64,000 nt of DNA from Boudabousia marimammalium (GCF_001936115.1 NZ_MPDM01000001.1:146123-210122), one strand, 5' to 3'; shown: positions 8,314 to 18,521, numbered from the stretch's first letter. The notes: generated by a model from the sequence alone, not told the origin. A program made the numbers and translations.

Positions 8314-9672
8314 ATGAAAGAGCGCAAACCCACCCCGACCGAACCGGATGTGACTCCCGCGGCCAACAGCAAAGACGTTGACAAACAGATTCTGGGGCTG
8401 GCGCTGCCTGCCTTGGGGGCGCTGATTGTTGAGCCGCTCATGGTGCTGGCCGACTCCGCAATGGTCGGACACTTGGGGACGAACCCGCTGGCTGGTTTGG
8501 CGCTGGGGTCAACCATCATGCTGACCATCGTGGGCCTGTTCATTTTCTTGGCCTACACGACTACCGCGGTGGCGTCTCGGCAACTGGGCGCCGGTGATGA
8601 GGCAGGGGCGATTCGGTCGGGAGTGGAAGGCATCTGGTTCGCCGGATTCCTAGGGCTGCTAATGGCGCCCCTGATGTGGCTGTTAGCGCCGACCGTGGTG
8701 GGCTGGTTCAGCCCGGAGCCGGCAGTTTTCATCCACGCAGTCGCCTACGTGCGCTGGGGCTCGCCCGGACTACTCGGCATGTTTTTGGTGCTGGGCGGCA
8801 CCGGAGCGCTACGGGGCTTATTGGATAATCGCAGCCCCATGTATGTTTCAGTGGGCGGCGCCATTTTGAACGTTATTTTCAATGCCACCTTGATTTATGG
8901 ATTCGACATGGGAGTGGCAGGTTCTGCTGCGGGTACTTCTTTGGCGCAAACATTAATGGCTGTCGCTTTGACTGTGCTGATTTCTCGGGGGGCGCGCCGG
9001 CACGGGGTGTCTTTGCGTCCCACTTTCCATGGGGCTCGCGCCGTGGGCGCAGCCGGCGCGCCTTTGATGGCCCGTACCGCGGCTTTGCGTGCTGCTTTCT
9101 TGCTGACCACTTGGGCGGCCACCTCGGCTGGTGCTGTTCCTTTAGCCGGTCACCAGATCACTATTGCTTTGTGGGGTTTGGGCTCCTACGGGATGGATGC
9201 TTTAGCGATCGCGTCGCAAGCACTGATTGGTCACGGTCTGGGTACTGGTTCATCGGAGCGGATCCGCCAGGTACTGCGGCGTTGTCTGACCTGGGGCTGG
9301 TGGATTGGCTCCGCTGTCGGTGTGATTTTCTTGGTTTTGTCCCCGGTACTGCCGTGGCTGTTCACCCAGGACCAGCCAGTGTTCTGGCCGACCACGGTGG
9401 CGTTGATTATCTGTGGCTTGTCTCAGCCAATGACCGGCTATGTGTTCATTTTGGATGGCGTCCTGATTGGGGCTAATCGAACCAAGTATTTGGCTGTTGC
9501 CGCGGTGATTAACCTGGCCGTCTATCTGCCTTTCGTCTTGCTGATTGGCTGGTACTCGGCTGCTTGGGGAAATGTTTGGGCTTTGGGCGCACTGTGGTTT
9601 GCTTTCAGTTTCATCTACACCGGGATGCGGGCGGTAACCAACCGCTACGGCGCCAAAGACCTGCTCCGCTAG
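8314..9672 (+). CDS. MATE-family multidrug/toxic-compound efflux transporter
   Basis: It has 12 predicted TM segments and the MATE N-lobe/C-lobe repeat. ATG start at 8314. Confidence 0.8.
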   Translation: MKERKPTPTEPDVTPAANSKDVDKQILGLALPALGALIVEPLMVLADSAMVGHLGTNPLAGLALGSTIMLTIVGLFIFLAYTTTAVASRQLGAGDEAGAIRSGVEGIWFAGFLGLLMAPLMWLLAPTVVGWFSPEPAVFIHAVAYVRWGSPGLLGMFLVLGGTGALRGLLDNRSPMYVSVGGAILNVIFNATLIYGFDMGVAGSAAGTSLAQTLMAVALTVLISRGARRHGVSLRPTFHGARAVGAAGAPLMARTAALRAAFLLTTWAATSAGAVPLAGHQITIALWGLGSYGMDALAIASQALIGHGLGTGSSERIRQVLRRCLTWGWWIGSAVGVIFLVLSPVLPWLFTQDQPVFWPTTVALIICGLSQPMTGYVFILDGVLIGANRTKYLAVAAVINLAVYLPFVLLIGWYSAAWGNVWALGALWFAFSFIYTGMRAVTNRYGAKDLLR

Positions 9673-9712
9673 CCGCCGACGCGCCACAGCTCCCGCACCG
9701 GATGCTGTTCAT

Positions 9713-9778
9713 CGGTTCGGTATGACTTTCCGCCACAAATAGCCCAAAAACACCACTTTTCAAGCCCAAACCCATACC
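9713..9778. repeat. Left terminal inverted repeat (~66 bp) of the DUF559-gene element
   Basis: The reverse complement matches 11055-11120 with about 5 mismatches in 66 positions. Confidence 0.6.
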
Positions 9779-9835
9779 AAAACAGACATTCCCCCCGTCA
9801 CCACGAAATATATCCACAGGTTCCTTATCCACAAC

Positions 9836-10912
9836 TTGGAGAACTACAGGTTTCAGAAAGCCGTATTGGCGCGATACACCTTAGTCATGACACTACTAAG
9901 GGAAATTCATGTGGCAAGAGCAAGTGAGATACCCAGGATCCGCTACTCATCCAACGACAATGACACCAAGCGCCCCGAAATTATGCGGGTAAAACGTGGA
10001 TGCTACCTAACGGGACTACCAAATAGAGAGCCTAGTGGATACTGGGAAGCAGCCAGGATCGTCGCGATAGCTAGAGTGCTTGCACATCAGATTGCGAGAC
10101 CGACAGCCACATTCACCCTAGAATCTGCCTGCGTAGTTTACGGATTTGCTGTTAATGACGCAAATCCTCCAATCATCACTCTCTCGGATAGAAAACACAA
10201 CAGGCAGACCACTGTATTCCCAGCGCTAACCATTGGTACGCACAGTGTGGATGCCGCCCACCTGAAAATGATTTCCTACCGGGGCGTACCGAAAGAAAAT
10301 CGCCAGATTGAGGGTATAAATGTGGTGGATCCAGTAGAGCTTATTTGCACATTCTTGCGATATCGTAAGCCGCTTGACGCGATGACTTCGGTGGACAGCA
10401 TTTGTGTTGCCCTTTGCCGGGCGGATGCCCGGGCGCGGGGCCAGACGGAGCAGCGCTTCAAGCATTTGAAAAAGCAGGTGCTGACTAGGTTAGATGAGCT
10501 GCATGGGTGTCACGGGCTGAAGCGGGCCCGGCAGCTGATTGAGCTGATGACGCCGTGGGCGCACTCGCCACTTGAGACTCGGTTTCGTCTGCTTTGTGCC
10601 GCGTATGGCTTCCCGCGGCCGGTCTTGCAGCAGCGCATGGATACGGGGCGGGGCCTGTTTTTCTTGGACGCATATTTTCCGCAGCAGCGGCTGGGTGTGG
10701 AATTGGATGGTTTGATGAAATACCGGTCCGCCAGCGTTTTGCGGGAGGAGAAGCTCCGAGACGTCGCGATTGAGCGAGAGGGTTTGCGGATCCTGCACTA
10801 TGTTTTCGCGCAGCTAAGGCGGCCGGAGCTGGTGGCGCGGGAGATTGCTGAGTGGGTGGCGCCTTCACGGCCTTTGGTGGTGATCTGCCCAGAGTTCTTA
10901 GAGGGTTGGTAG
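9836..10912 (+). CDS. AbiEi-like N-terminal domain / DUF559 (Vsr-like endonuclease fold) protein
   Basis: The C-terminal region GVELDG…REEKLRDVAIEREGLRILHY resembles the DUF559 family. The likely ATG start is at 9887. Confidence 0.5.
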   Translation: MENYRFQKAVLARYTLVMTLLREIHVARASEIPRIRYSSNDNDTKRPEIMRVKRGCYLTGLPNREPSGYWEAARIVAIARVLAHQIARPTATFTLESACVVYGFAVNDANPPIITLSDRKHNRQTTVFPALTIGTHSVDAAHLKMISYRGVPKENRQIEGINVVDPVELICTFLRYRKPLDAMTSVDSICVALCRADARARGQTEQRFKHLKKQVLTRLDELHGCHGLKRARQLIELMTPWAHSPLETRFRLLCAAYGFPRPVLQQRMDTGRGLFFLDAYFPQQRLGVELDGLMKYRSASVLREEKLRDVAIEREGLRILHYVFAQLRRPELVAREIAEWVAPSRPLVVICPEFLEGW

Positions 10913-11054
10913 TTGTTTTGGCCGAGGACGAGGGTGTGCCAGTTTCCCTACCGGCTGTTTGGGTATGAGTAAACGCCAAAAAAGTCCAGATTTAGAGCAA
11001 TTCCCGGCAAAAAGTCATACCCAACCGAACTTTTCTGAAGGAAAGTCTTGTTTA

Positions 11055-11120
11055 GGTATGGGTTTAGGCTTGAAAAGTGGTGTTTTTGGGCTATTTGTGG
11101 CAAAAAGTCATACCCAACCG
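11055..11120. repeat. Right terminal inverted repeat (~66 bp) of the DUF559-gene element
   Basis: It is the reverse complement of 9713-9778. Confidence 0.6.
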
Positions 11121-11149
11121 CTGAAAGGCCGGTGGGCTGCTGCACCAGA

Positions 11150-11202
11150 GCACAAAAAGAACTGAGGATGGCGGATGCCACAACATCATCCACCATCCTC
11201 AG
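11150..11202 (-). terminator. Rho-independent terminator for metPS (10-bp stem CTGAGGATGG, U-tract on minus strand)
   Basis: Hairpin and U-tract read from the sequence downstream of the metS stop. Confidence 0.5.
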
Positions 11203-11262
11203 TCCCATAGCCACCCCGGAAGATTAATCTACTCGGGGACGATTCGACTGTGGGCTAAGATT

Positions 11263-11478
11263 CTAGCCCAGCTCTTTATTCCGCTTGTAAAGACCAACTC
11301 GCTGGGATGCGGCCCTTGCCGCATCCTCACCCTCGGCCTCAATGGCGGAGATGAAAGACTCAACCTCTTCGGGAAGCTCCGGTGTCGGTTTGAAACGGAG
11401 GTTCCAGATCCAGTAGGCCAAGCCGCCCCAAACTAGCACCATGGACACAATCATCATTACGATCGCTTGGGTATTCAT
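11263..11478 (-). CDS. metS: Small membrane subunit of the methionine/alanine NSS importer (MetS-like)
   Basis: It is a 71-aa single-TM protein, translationally coupled (overlap ATGA) to the NSS transporter gene upstream. This arrangement is known from Corynebacterium MetPS. Confidence 0.55.
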   Translation of the reverse strand: MNTQAIVMMIVSMVLVWGGLAYWIWNLRFKPTPELPEEVESFISAIEAEGEDAARAASQRVGLYKRNKELG

Positions 11479-13211
11479 CGGGTTTCTCCTTCAGTTGCGG
11501 CGGATGCGCCAGCCGCGTCGGCAGCGGCACCGGCAGATTGGTACTGCGCGCCATATTCAAAATCATCGTCTTGTTCACGGTCACCCGTTACCTTGGGAGC
11601 GACCGGCATGAGGGAGACACCCTCGTCCTCGCGTAGCAAACGACCGTAACGGTCACGTGGCCGGTGCGGCAACGGCATGACAGTGAAGTCATCCACGTCA
11701 TTACGCCAGCGCGTCAGAGTCAAAACATAGGCGCCCACCAGCAGCAGACCCAAAGTACCCCAACCGAAGACACCTGTGTACCAGGACGGGTAGCCGCCGT
11801 AACCGTTTGAAATCAAATCCAGCACGGTCTGCACCCACATGCCAGCCAAAGCGGCAGGGATGACGAAACCGATGAGGAAATCCCACCAGCGACCGACCTT
11901 AACGGTGGACAGCAGGTTGAGGTGGCGACGCAGACGCGACAGACGCGGATGCAGAACGGCCACAATAACAGCAGTGGAGATGGCGGTAAAGACCACGCCG
12001 ACCTCGTTAATATACTTATCCACAATGTCCAAGGTCAGCAGTCCGGACGTGGTGGAGAAGAACGCTAGGGACAGCACCATTGAGGGCACTGACACGGAGA
12101 TGGCGGCACGGGAAGGCGACCAGTTGAACTTGTCTTGGAAGCCGGCGGACACCACCTGGATCAGTGACACGATGGAGGTCAGGCCAGCAACCACAAGGCT
12201 GGTGAAGAAGAGAACACCGAAGACTGCTCCGCCGGGCATAGCACCGATGATGGCGGGGAAAGTGATGAAGGACAGGGAAACACCGGTGATGCCTTCCAAG
12301 TCTGACACTAGGATTCCCTGCTGGTGAGCCATGAAACCGAGGGCGCCGAAGACGCCGATGCCGGCCAAGATTTCAAAGGAGGAGTTAGCGAAAGCCGCGA
12401 CGAATGCGGTGCCGCCTAGGTTCGAGCGACGCGGCAGGTAGGACGCGTAGGTGACCATGATGCCGAAAGCGATTGACAGGGAGAAGAAAATCTGGCTGAA
12501 GGCGGCCAACCAGACGCTACCGTCGGCGAGGGCGGGCCAGTTCGGGGTGAAGAATGCGTTCAGGCCGTCAACTGCGCCGGGCAGGGTGACGGAGCGGATC
12601 ACGACCGCTGCGAACAGTACCACTAGCAGGGGCAGGAAGATTCGGTTGAGGCGCTCGACACCTTTTTGCACGCCGAGGGCGAGGATCGCAATCACGATTA
12701 CCCATACTGCAAGCAGGGGAAGTGCAACACCCCAAACCGGGCTGAAGCTGAGGCTGTCGCTGAGTTCTAGGAATTCTCCGAAGAAGAAGCCTTTGGGGTC
12801 GTCTCCCCACGCTAAGGTAACCGAGAAGAAAGCGTACTTAGCTGCCCAGGCGATGATGACGGCGTAGTAGGTCATGATGACGAAGGAAATTAAGACTTTC
12901 ACCCAGCCGATCATTTCTACGCGGATATGAATTCGCCTGAATACGGTGGGGACTGCACCACGTAGCCGGTGTCCTAGTGAATAGTCTAGGAGTAGGAATG
13001 AGACACCTGCGACGAAGAGAGCTACCAAATACGGAATCATGAAGGCGCCGCCACCATTGGTGTAGGCAACTCCAGGGAAACGCCAAATGTTGCCGAGGCC
13101 GACCGCTGAGCCGACTGCAGCAAGCAAGAAGCCGGTCTGAGAGGACCATGTTTCTCTGTCTCCGTTTGCGGCACCCTGCTTTGGGGGAGCCGCCTTTGTT
13201 CGGGTAGTCAT
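11475..13211 (-). CDS. metP: Sodium-dependent NSS/SNF-family transporter (MetP-like)
   Basis: It has the GLGNIWRFP signature of neurotransmitter:sodium symporters and is multi-TM. Confidence 0.8.
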   Translation of the reverse strand: MTTRTKAAPPKQGAANGDRETWSSQTGFLLAAVGSAVGLGNIWRFPGVAYTNGGGAFMIPYLVALFVAGVSFLLLDYSLGHRLRGAVPTVFRRIHIRVEMIGWVKVLISFVIMTYYAVIIAWAAKYAFFSVTLAWGDDPKGFFFGEFLELSDSLSFSPVWGVALPLLAVWVIVIAILALGVQKGVERLNRIFLPLLVVLFAAVVIRSVTLPGAVDGLNAFFTPNWPALADGSVWLAAFSQIFFSLSIAFGIMVTYASYLPRRSNLGGTAFVAAFANSSFEILAGIGVFGALGFMAHQQGILVSDLEGITGVSLSFITFPAIIGAMPGGAVFGVLFFTSLVVAGLTSIVSLIQVVSAGFQDKFNWSPSRAAISVSVPSMVLSLAFFSTTSGLLTLDIVDKYINEVGVVFTAISTAVIVAVLHPRLSRLRRHLNLLSTVKVGRWWDFLIGFVIPAALAGMWVQTVLDLISNGYGGYPSWYTGVFGWGTLGLLLVGAYVLTLTRWRNDVDDFTVMPLPHRPRDRYGRLLREDEGVSLMPVAPKVTGDREQDDDFEYGAQYQSAGAAADAAGASAATEGETR

Positions 13212-13358
13212 GTTATTACTCCTAATTTTTCAACTATTCGAGCTTCTATTTAAGCATTCTTTACCTTTACTTGAAACGGCAGAGCCAATTAAAGTGGGTT
13301 TTGTTATCTATTTGAAACGCTACCTGCGTAAATATGCACCTTGTCTTACAATTAACGG

Positions 13359-13775
13359 GTGATTGAAGTAAAGACCGAGGGTTCTGTGCGCATCGACGTC
13401 TGGTTGTGGGCGGTCCGACAGGTTAAAACGCGCTCTTTAGCAACCAGCGAATGCAAAGCTGGCCATGTGAGAATTAATAACGAGCCAGTAAAGCCTTCGC
13501 AAAAAGTTCAAATCGGCGACACGGTCCGCTACCGTTTTCAAGGTTTTGACCGAGTGCTAGAAGTTACGGGCCTGTTGTCGAAGCGGGCGTCTGCGGCACT
13601 AGCGCAACAGTGCTACATTGATCATTCTCCGCCGCGACCCACCCGGCTTAACGCCCCGGCCCCGATTGTGCGAGCACGCGGAACGGGCCGTCCCACCAAG
13701 AAAGAACGACGCGCCCTCGACCGCTTGCGGGCGCAGGAGCGGAGTGCTTTCGCGGAGCTTTGGGATGATGAGTAG
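13359..13775 (+). CDS. S4-domain RNA-binding protein (Hsp15-like)
   Basis: It has the S4 motif RIDVWLWAVR…GDTV. GTG start. Confidence 0.6.
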   Translation: MIEVKTEGSVRIDVWLWAVRQVKTRSLATSECKAGHVRINNEPVKPSQKVQIGDTVRYRFQGFDRVLEVTGLLSKRASAALAQQCYIDHSPPRPTRLNAPAPIVRARGTGRPTKKERRALDRLRAQERSAFAELWDDE

Positions 13776-13850
13776 CGCCTTGAGGGGAGGGCCCGAGGGC
13801 GCACAGAGCCAGAGCCAGGCAGGGCAAGGCTGAGCTGTCCGAGGGTGCGT

Positions 13851-15929
13851 CTACTTTCCGGCCCGCAGTTTGCTGACTTTTTCTAGCGCCTGGTTGATGG
13901 CCGCCACATAGTACTGTTCTCCAGATGGTCGCGGATGCACTAAATCCCGGTACAGGGTGTCTTCATGTCCCTTAATTGTTTCGTCAAAGGGCGCAATCAC
14001 AATCCGATTCGGATATTTGGCTTGGGCTTCACGGATCAGGTTATTAGAATCCCAAATGTATTTTTCGGCGGGGCGACCATGCCCCGTGACTAGCACTAGG
14101 GTCCGGTCAGGGCCGGCCAACTCCAGCCAGCTTTCCACCTGTTGCATGCGCAGGGTGGAGTTGCTGGTGACCCCAATGATGACGACGGAGCGGAGCTCTC
14201 CTTTGTCGGCATATTGTTTCATCAGGCCGGCAACCTGCGGGGAGGCCCGGTTTTTTAGGCCGTCAATAATCATTTCAGGCCATTTGTTTTTCAGGCTTTT
14301 TTCCACCATGACGGTGACTGAGTCGCCAATGAAAGTGATCTGGTTGGCGGGAATCGGCGTAGCTTCTGGGCTCTGCTCACTGCCCGCAGCACTACCCGCA
14401 GCACTGCCCCCAGCACTGCCCCCAGCACCTTCTGGACTGTGCGTTTCGGTCGTGCCCGCTACCGCGCCACCGGCTACTGTGCCCGCAGTGCCACCTTCAG
14501 CAGTAGCGTCTGCCGCGCCGGCTCCACCATTTCCTTCCGGGGTTTCGCCGGTGCCTTCAACCGTGGCAGCACCCGGCTCTTGCGCTTGGCTGAGCTCATT
14601 TTGGGCGGGAGCGAAAGCACTCACCGCTAAGAACGCGGCAACTAGGCCGCCGACGGCTCCGCGCCGAATCCAGGCGGGCCGCACGTCTGCGCCCTCGTCC
14701 TCGGGCAGCCGCAACCAAGTCTTGAGGGTCGCGATAATCCCGTTTTTACGCATCGGGCTTTCCACGAAAGTGAAGGACAGGGCGGCCAGCACGGTAGCTA
14801 GGATCAGGACGATGATTGAGGTGACGCCCTCGGACAGGCCCGGGAACAGGTACCAGAGCACCACCAGGATGGGCCAGTGCCACAGGTACACCCCGTAGGA
14901 GCGCTCACCGAACCAGACCAGCGGCTCTCTATCTAGGAAGCGGCGCAGGGTTCTGGCCGGGCCGACCTGGTTTTGCACTGGCGCGACGAAAGCTTGAATC
15001 ATGGCGGCGGTCGCGAAACAAGCCATCAGCGTCACCCACGGGTAGCTGACGGCGGCTTCGTCACTGGCCACCGCGAACGCTACCAGCATGACAGCGAACC
15101 CTGACCAGGCGACCAGGCCGCGCACATAGGCGGACTCCGCGGCAACGACTTCCCTGCTGGGTTCGACGACGCGCCCCAGCCACAGCGCCAGCGCTGCCCC
15201 CAGCATCAGTCCGAAGCTGTGCGTGTCCGTTCCTAGGTAGGCGCGAGATGGGTCCGCCATCCCGTAAGCAAGATAGGCCATGCCGACGGCTGAAGCAATG
15301 CCGAGGACGAGGGGGAGCGCCGCAGATTCCCGCCGGTTTAGCGGAATCAGCAGCAGCACTATCGGCCACAGCAGGTAGAACTGTTGCTCCACTGAAAGCG
15401 TCCACATATTAGTCAATAGTTGCGGCACGCGGGAATCAAAATAGGAGCTGTCCGTCCAGATCAGCACCCAGTTGTGTGTGAAACTGAGGGCGCCGGCGGC
15501 TTGGCTCCGGATTCCGGCAACCAGGTCCAGGCTGAAAACCGCGGCGACCGGAACCATCACAATCACCATTAGAGCGACCGCCGGGAAGAGGCGACGAATC
15601 CGGCGCAGCCAGAACTGCCCGATCGCAATCTTCCCGTCCCGATGCCACTCTTTCACCAGCAGACCAGTGATCAGGAAACCAGACAGCACGAAGAACACGT
15701 CCACACCCAGGAAACCGCCCCCAAACTTTGAGGGGAAAGCGTGGTACAGCACTACCGCGATAGCGGCGAAGGCACGCACCCCATCTAGGCCCCCCAGTCT
15801 GAACTGAGCGGCCTGCGCCTGAGACTTAGTTTTAGGCGTCCGCGGCTGCGCTTGCGCGGCCTGCGCCTGAGTTTTAGGCGTTCGCCCCTTAACTTTCGGG
15901 GCCCGCGCCGATGGTTTTTTCTGCTGCAC
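13851..15929 (-). CDS. Acyltransferase-3 (OafA-like) membrane O-acyltransferase fused to a C-terminal SGNH hydrolase domain
   Basis: It has the acyltransferase-3 motif LDGVRAFAAIAVVLYH and 10 or more TM segments. The C-terminal FIGDSVT is a GDSx/SGNH motif. A Gly/Ser/Ala-rich linker lies between the two domains. Confidence 0.75.
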   Translation of the reverse strand: MQQKKPSARAPKVKGRTPKTQAQAAQAQPRTPKTKSQAQAAQFRLGGLDGVRAFAAIAVVLYHAFPSKFGGGFLGVDVFFVLSGFLITGLLVKEWHRDGKIAIGQFWLRRIRRLFPAVALMVIVMVPVAAVFSLDLVAGIRSQAAGALSFTHNWVLIWTDSSYFDSRVPQLLTNMWTLSVEQQFYLLWPIVLLLIPLNRRESAALPLVLGIASAVGMAYLAYGMADPSRAYLGTDTHSFGLMLGAALALWLGRVVEPSREVVAAESAYVRGLVAWSGFAVMLVAFAVASDEAAVSYPWVTLMACFATAAMIQAFVAPVQNQVGPARTLRRFLDREPLVWFGERSYGVYLWHWPILVVLWYLFPGLSEGVTSIIVLILATVLAALSFTFVESPMRKNGIIATLKTWLRLPEDEGADVRPAWIRRGAVGGLVAAFLAVSAFAPAQNELSQAQEPGAATVEGTGETPEGNGGAGAADATAEGGTAGTVAGGAVAGTTETHSPEGAGGSAGGSAAGSAAGSEQSPEATPIPANQITFIGDSVTVMVEKSLKNKWPEMIIDGLKNRASPQVAGLMKQYADKGELRSVVIIGVTSNSTLRMQQVESWLELAGPDRTLVLVTGHGRPAEKYIWDSNNLIREAQAKYPNRIVIAPFDETIKGHEDTLYRDLVHPRPSGEQYYVAAINQALEKVSKLRAGK
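14379..14430. repeat. In-frame 12-bp tandem repeat (CACTRCCCSCAG x4) encoding (AGSA)n in the acyltransferase linker
   Basis: Read directly from the sequence. It encodes …GGSAGGSAAGSAAGS…. Confidence 0.5.
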
Positions 15930-16254
15930 AACTCCACATTAACCAGCGCGCGGGACATTAACAATCAACACGTCTGACTGTCGAAACAATTGGAACGCGG
16001 GCATTCTCACACCGGCGTTACCCGGCGGTACTTTCACAAAGATGCTACCCTCTTGGTAGACGTTCTTTAAGGCGATCCTGTGAGGTCGCGAAGGTGTCGA
16101 ACAAGGTTAGGATACGGCCCTGCAACCACGAACAGTGGCTGCTGCGGTTTCAGGATTCTGCCGTGGATTGTGTGCTTTCGCCCTCATAGGCGGAAGCTAT
16201 TTTTGTTTCCCCGGAAACGGGCAGGCAAAGGTGGCGCAAATATTGGAGTAGCAC

Positions 16255-17202
16255 ATGACCCAGCCAACCAGCCCGGCCGCTCACCTTCTCAGCATTGCTG
16301 ATTTAAGTATCGAGGATGTGCTTTCCCTCCTTGATCGCGCCGCAGAGTTCAAACAGGGCGCCACCCCAAAGATCCCGTCAGGCCTGGTCGCTATCAATAT
16401 GTTCTTTGAGAACTCGACCCGCACGATGACTTCCTTCCAGATGGCTGAGCACCGTCTCGGCATGAAGGTACTGGATTTTAATCCTGACCATTCCAGCCTG
16501 ACCAAAGGGGAAAGCCTCTACGATTCGGTTCGCACAGTGGACGCGATTGGGGCGCATGTGGCGGTGATTCGCCATCATCAAAACGCCTACTATGATGAGC
16601 TGCTGGAAACCGGCCACCTGCGCCTCTCCATTGTTAATGGCGGTGACGGCTCCGGCCAGCATCCCAGCCAGTGCCTGCTGGACCTGCTGACGATTCGGGA
16701 AGAATTCGGTCACTTTGAGGGACTGAAGGTTGCTATCAGCGGCGATATTGCACACTCTCGGGTGGCTCGCTCCAACGCGGAAGTCCTCACCCGGCTGGGA
16801 GCCACCGTGTATTTCACCGGCCCGCATGAATGGATGGATGAAAGCATCACCGCCTGGGGCACGGTCGCTAGGCTTGATGAAATCTTGCCGCAACTAGATG
16901 TCTGCATGATGCTGCGCGTCCAGCATGAGCGTTTCGATGCCGGCCCCGACTTTAAAGCCAGCGACTACCTGGCCGCCTACGGTCTTACTGAGGAGCGGGC
17001 CGCCCGCATGCCCAAGCACGCCATCATTATGCATCCCGCCCCGGTGAACCGCGGCTGCGAACTAGCTGACGCCCTGATGGAAGCCCCCCAGTCACGAATT
17101 TTCCCGCAAATGACGAACGGGGTACTGGTCCGCATGGCCATGCTGGAGCGCGTCCTACTGAACAACTCTGCCGCTCAACAACAGAAAGCGCTTGCGAAAT
17201 GA
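16255..17202 (+). CDS. pyrB: Aspartate carbamoyltransferase catalytic subunit
   Basis: It has STRTR-like motifs and the ATCase fold. Its stop overlaps the pyrC start (ATGA). Confidence 0.9.
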   Translation: MTQPTSPAAHLLSIADLSIEDVLSLLDRAAEFKQGATPKIPSGLVAINMFFENSTRTMTSFQMAEHRLGMKVLDFNPDHSSLTKGESLYDSVRTVDAIGAHVAVIRHHQNAYYDELLETGHLRLSIVNGGDGSGQHPSQCLLDLLTIREEFGHFEGLKVAISGDIAHSRVARSNAEVLTRLGATVYFTGPHEWMDESITAWGTVARLDEILPQLDVCMMLRVQHERFDAGPDFKASDYLAAYGLTEERAARMPKHAIIMHPAPVNRGCELADALMEAPQSRIFPQMTNGVLVRMAMLERVLLNNSAAQQQKALAK

Positions 17203-18521
17203 ACCCCAGTCAGCCACTGCTCATCACCAACGCACGCACCCTCGGCGCCGGCACTTCCGACAGCCTAGAGGCCACCCAGATTCTGGTGGCAGACGGCAAG
17301 GTTAAAGCCATCGTCACGGGCCGCGCTGACGCCCCACAACAGACCGACGCCCGCGTGATCGACGTCCAAGGCGCCCTCGTCACCCCCGGCCTAGTGGATA
17401 TTCACGTCCACCTGCGCGAGCCGGGTGAAACCCATAAGGAAACCATTGCGACCGGCACGGCAGCGGCGGCGCGCGGCGGCTGGACCACGGTTTGCGCCAT
17501 GCCGAACACCGTCCCCGACCCGCACACCCCGCAGCTGCTAGCCCAGGTGCAAGAACTCATCCGGGAGCACGCCGTCATCAATGTTCACGCCTACTCCCCC
17601 ATCACGCGCGGTCTCACCTCAGATGACGTGGTTGATATTATTGCGCAGGCCGAGGCGGGGGCCGTCGGCTTCTCCAACGACGGCAAAGGCGTGCAAAAAG
17701 CCGGCACCATGTGGCGGGCCATGCAGCTGGCCGCGCAGGTGAACCGCCCCGTCGCCACCCATGCGGAAGATGAATCCATTAAAGGTGAAGGCGTCATTAA
17801 CGAGGGTGAAGCCTCCGCCCGCCTTGACCTGCCGGGCATTCACCGCCTCGCGGAAACCGTGCAGGTGGCACGCGACGCCCTAATTGCGGAAGCGACCGGC
17901 GCCCACTATCACCTCTGCCATGCTTCCACGGTGGAATCCATGCGGATTCTACGCCGCGCCCAAGCGGACGGCGTCAACATGAGCGCGGAAGCAACGCCGC
18001 ATCACCTGCTGCTGACGGATGCGGATATTCCCGCCGACGACGCCAACTGGAAGGTCAATCCGCCGCTGCGCTCACAGCTGGATGCCGCCGCCGTCCTAGA
18101 GGGCTTAAACGACGGCACGATTTCCGCTATCGCCACCGATAACGCCCCCCACACTGACCCGGAAAAGCACTGCTCTTTCCGTACCGGCGCTTTCGGCCTA
18201 GTCACCAATGAGCACAGTTTCGCACTGCTCTACACGCACCTGGTCCGCACCGGAAAACTCAGCCTGCGCCGCCTGGTGGAGCTGCTCACCACCGGCCCCG
18301 CCGACCTGTATCACCTGGATGCCGGCCGGCTGAGCGTGGGCGTCCCGGCAGATCTGGCGGCCTACGCCCTCGACTCGCAAAGCCTGATTGACCCGGCCGC
18401 TTTCGTCGGCATGGGCCATAACAATCCCTTCGTGAACACGCCCGTACAAGGTGACTGTGTCCTCACGCTCTGCGGCGGACGGGTCGTCAACTGGCAGCCC
18501 ACCCTCGGCCCCCAAAACTAG
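17199..18521 (+). CDS. pyrC: Dihydroorotase
   Basis: It has the amidohydrolase DIHVHLREPG motif. Confidence 0.9.
   Translation: MNPSQPLLITNARTLGAGTSDSLEATQILVADGKVKAIVTGRADAPQQTDARVIDVQGALVTPGLVDIHVHLREPGETHKETIATGTAAAARGGWTTVCAMPNTVPDPHTPQLLAQVQELIREHAVINVHAYSPITRGLTSDDVVDIIAQAEAGAVGFSNDGKGVQKAGTMWRAMQLAAQVNRPVATHAEDESIKGEGVINEGEASARLDLPGIHRLAETVQVARDALIAEATGAHYHLCHASTVESMRILRRAQADGVNMSAEATPHHLLLTDADIPADDANWKVNPPLRSQLDAAAVLEGLNDGTISAIATDNAPHTDPEKHCSFRTGAFGLVTNEHSFALLYTHLVRTGKLSLRRLVELLTTGPADLYHLDAGRLSVGVPADLAAYALDSQSLIDPAAFVGMGHNNPFVNTPVQGDCVLTLCGGRVVNWQPTLGPQN

Larger units (their letters stand above)
9713..11120. mobile_element. Candidate non-autonomous mobile unit: ~1.4 kb segment bounded by ~66-bp imperfect terminal inverted repeats, carrying an AbiEi/DUF559 nuclease-like gene
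   Basis: Long terminal inverted repeats flank a single gene. The segment has a low-GC 5' region. ORF-track peptides GMGLGLKSGVFGLFVA(E/K)SHT appear on opposite strands at the two ends. A partial third copy of the outer repeat lies at 11003-11030. Confidence 0.35.
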
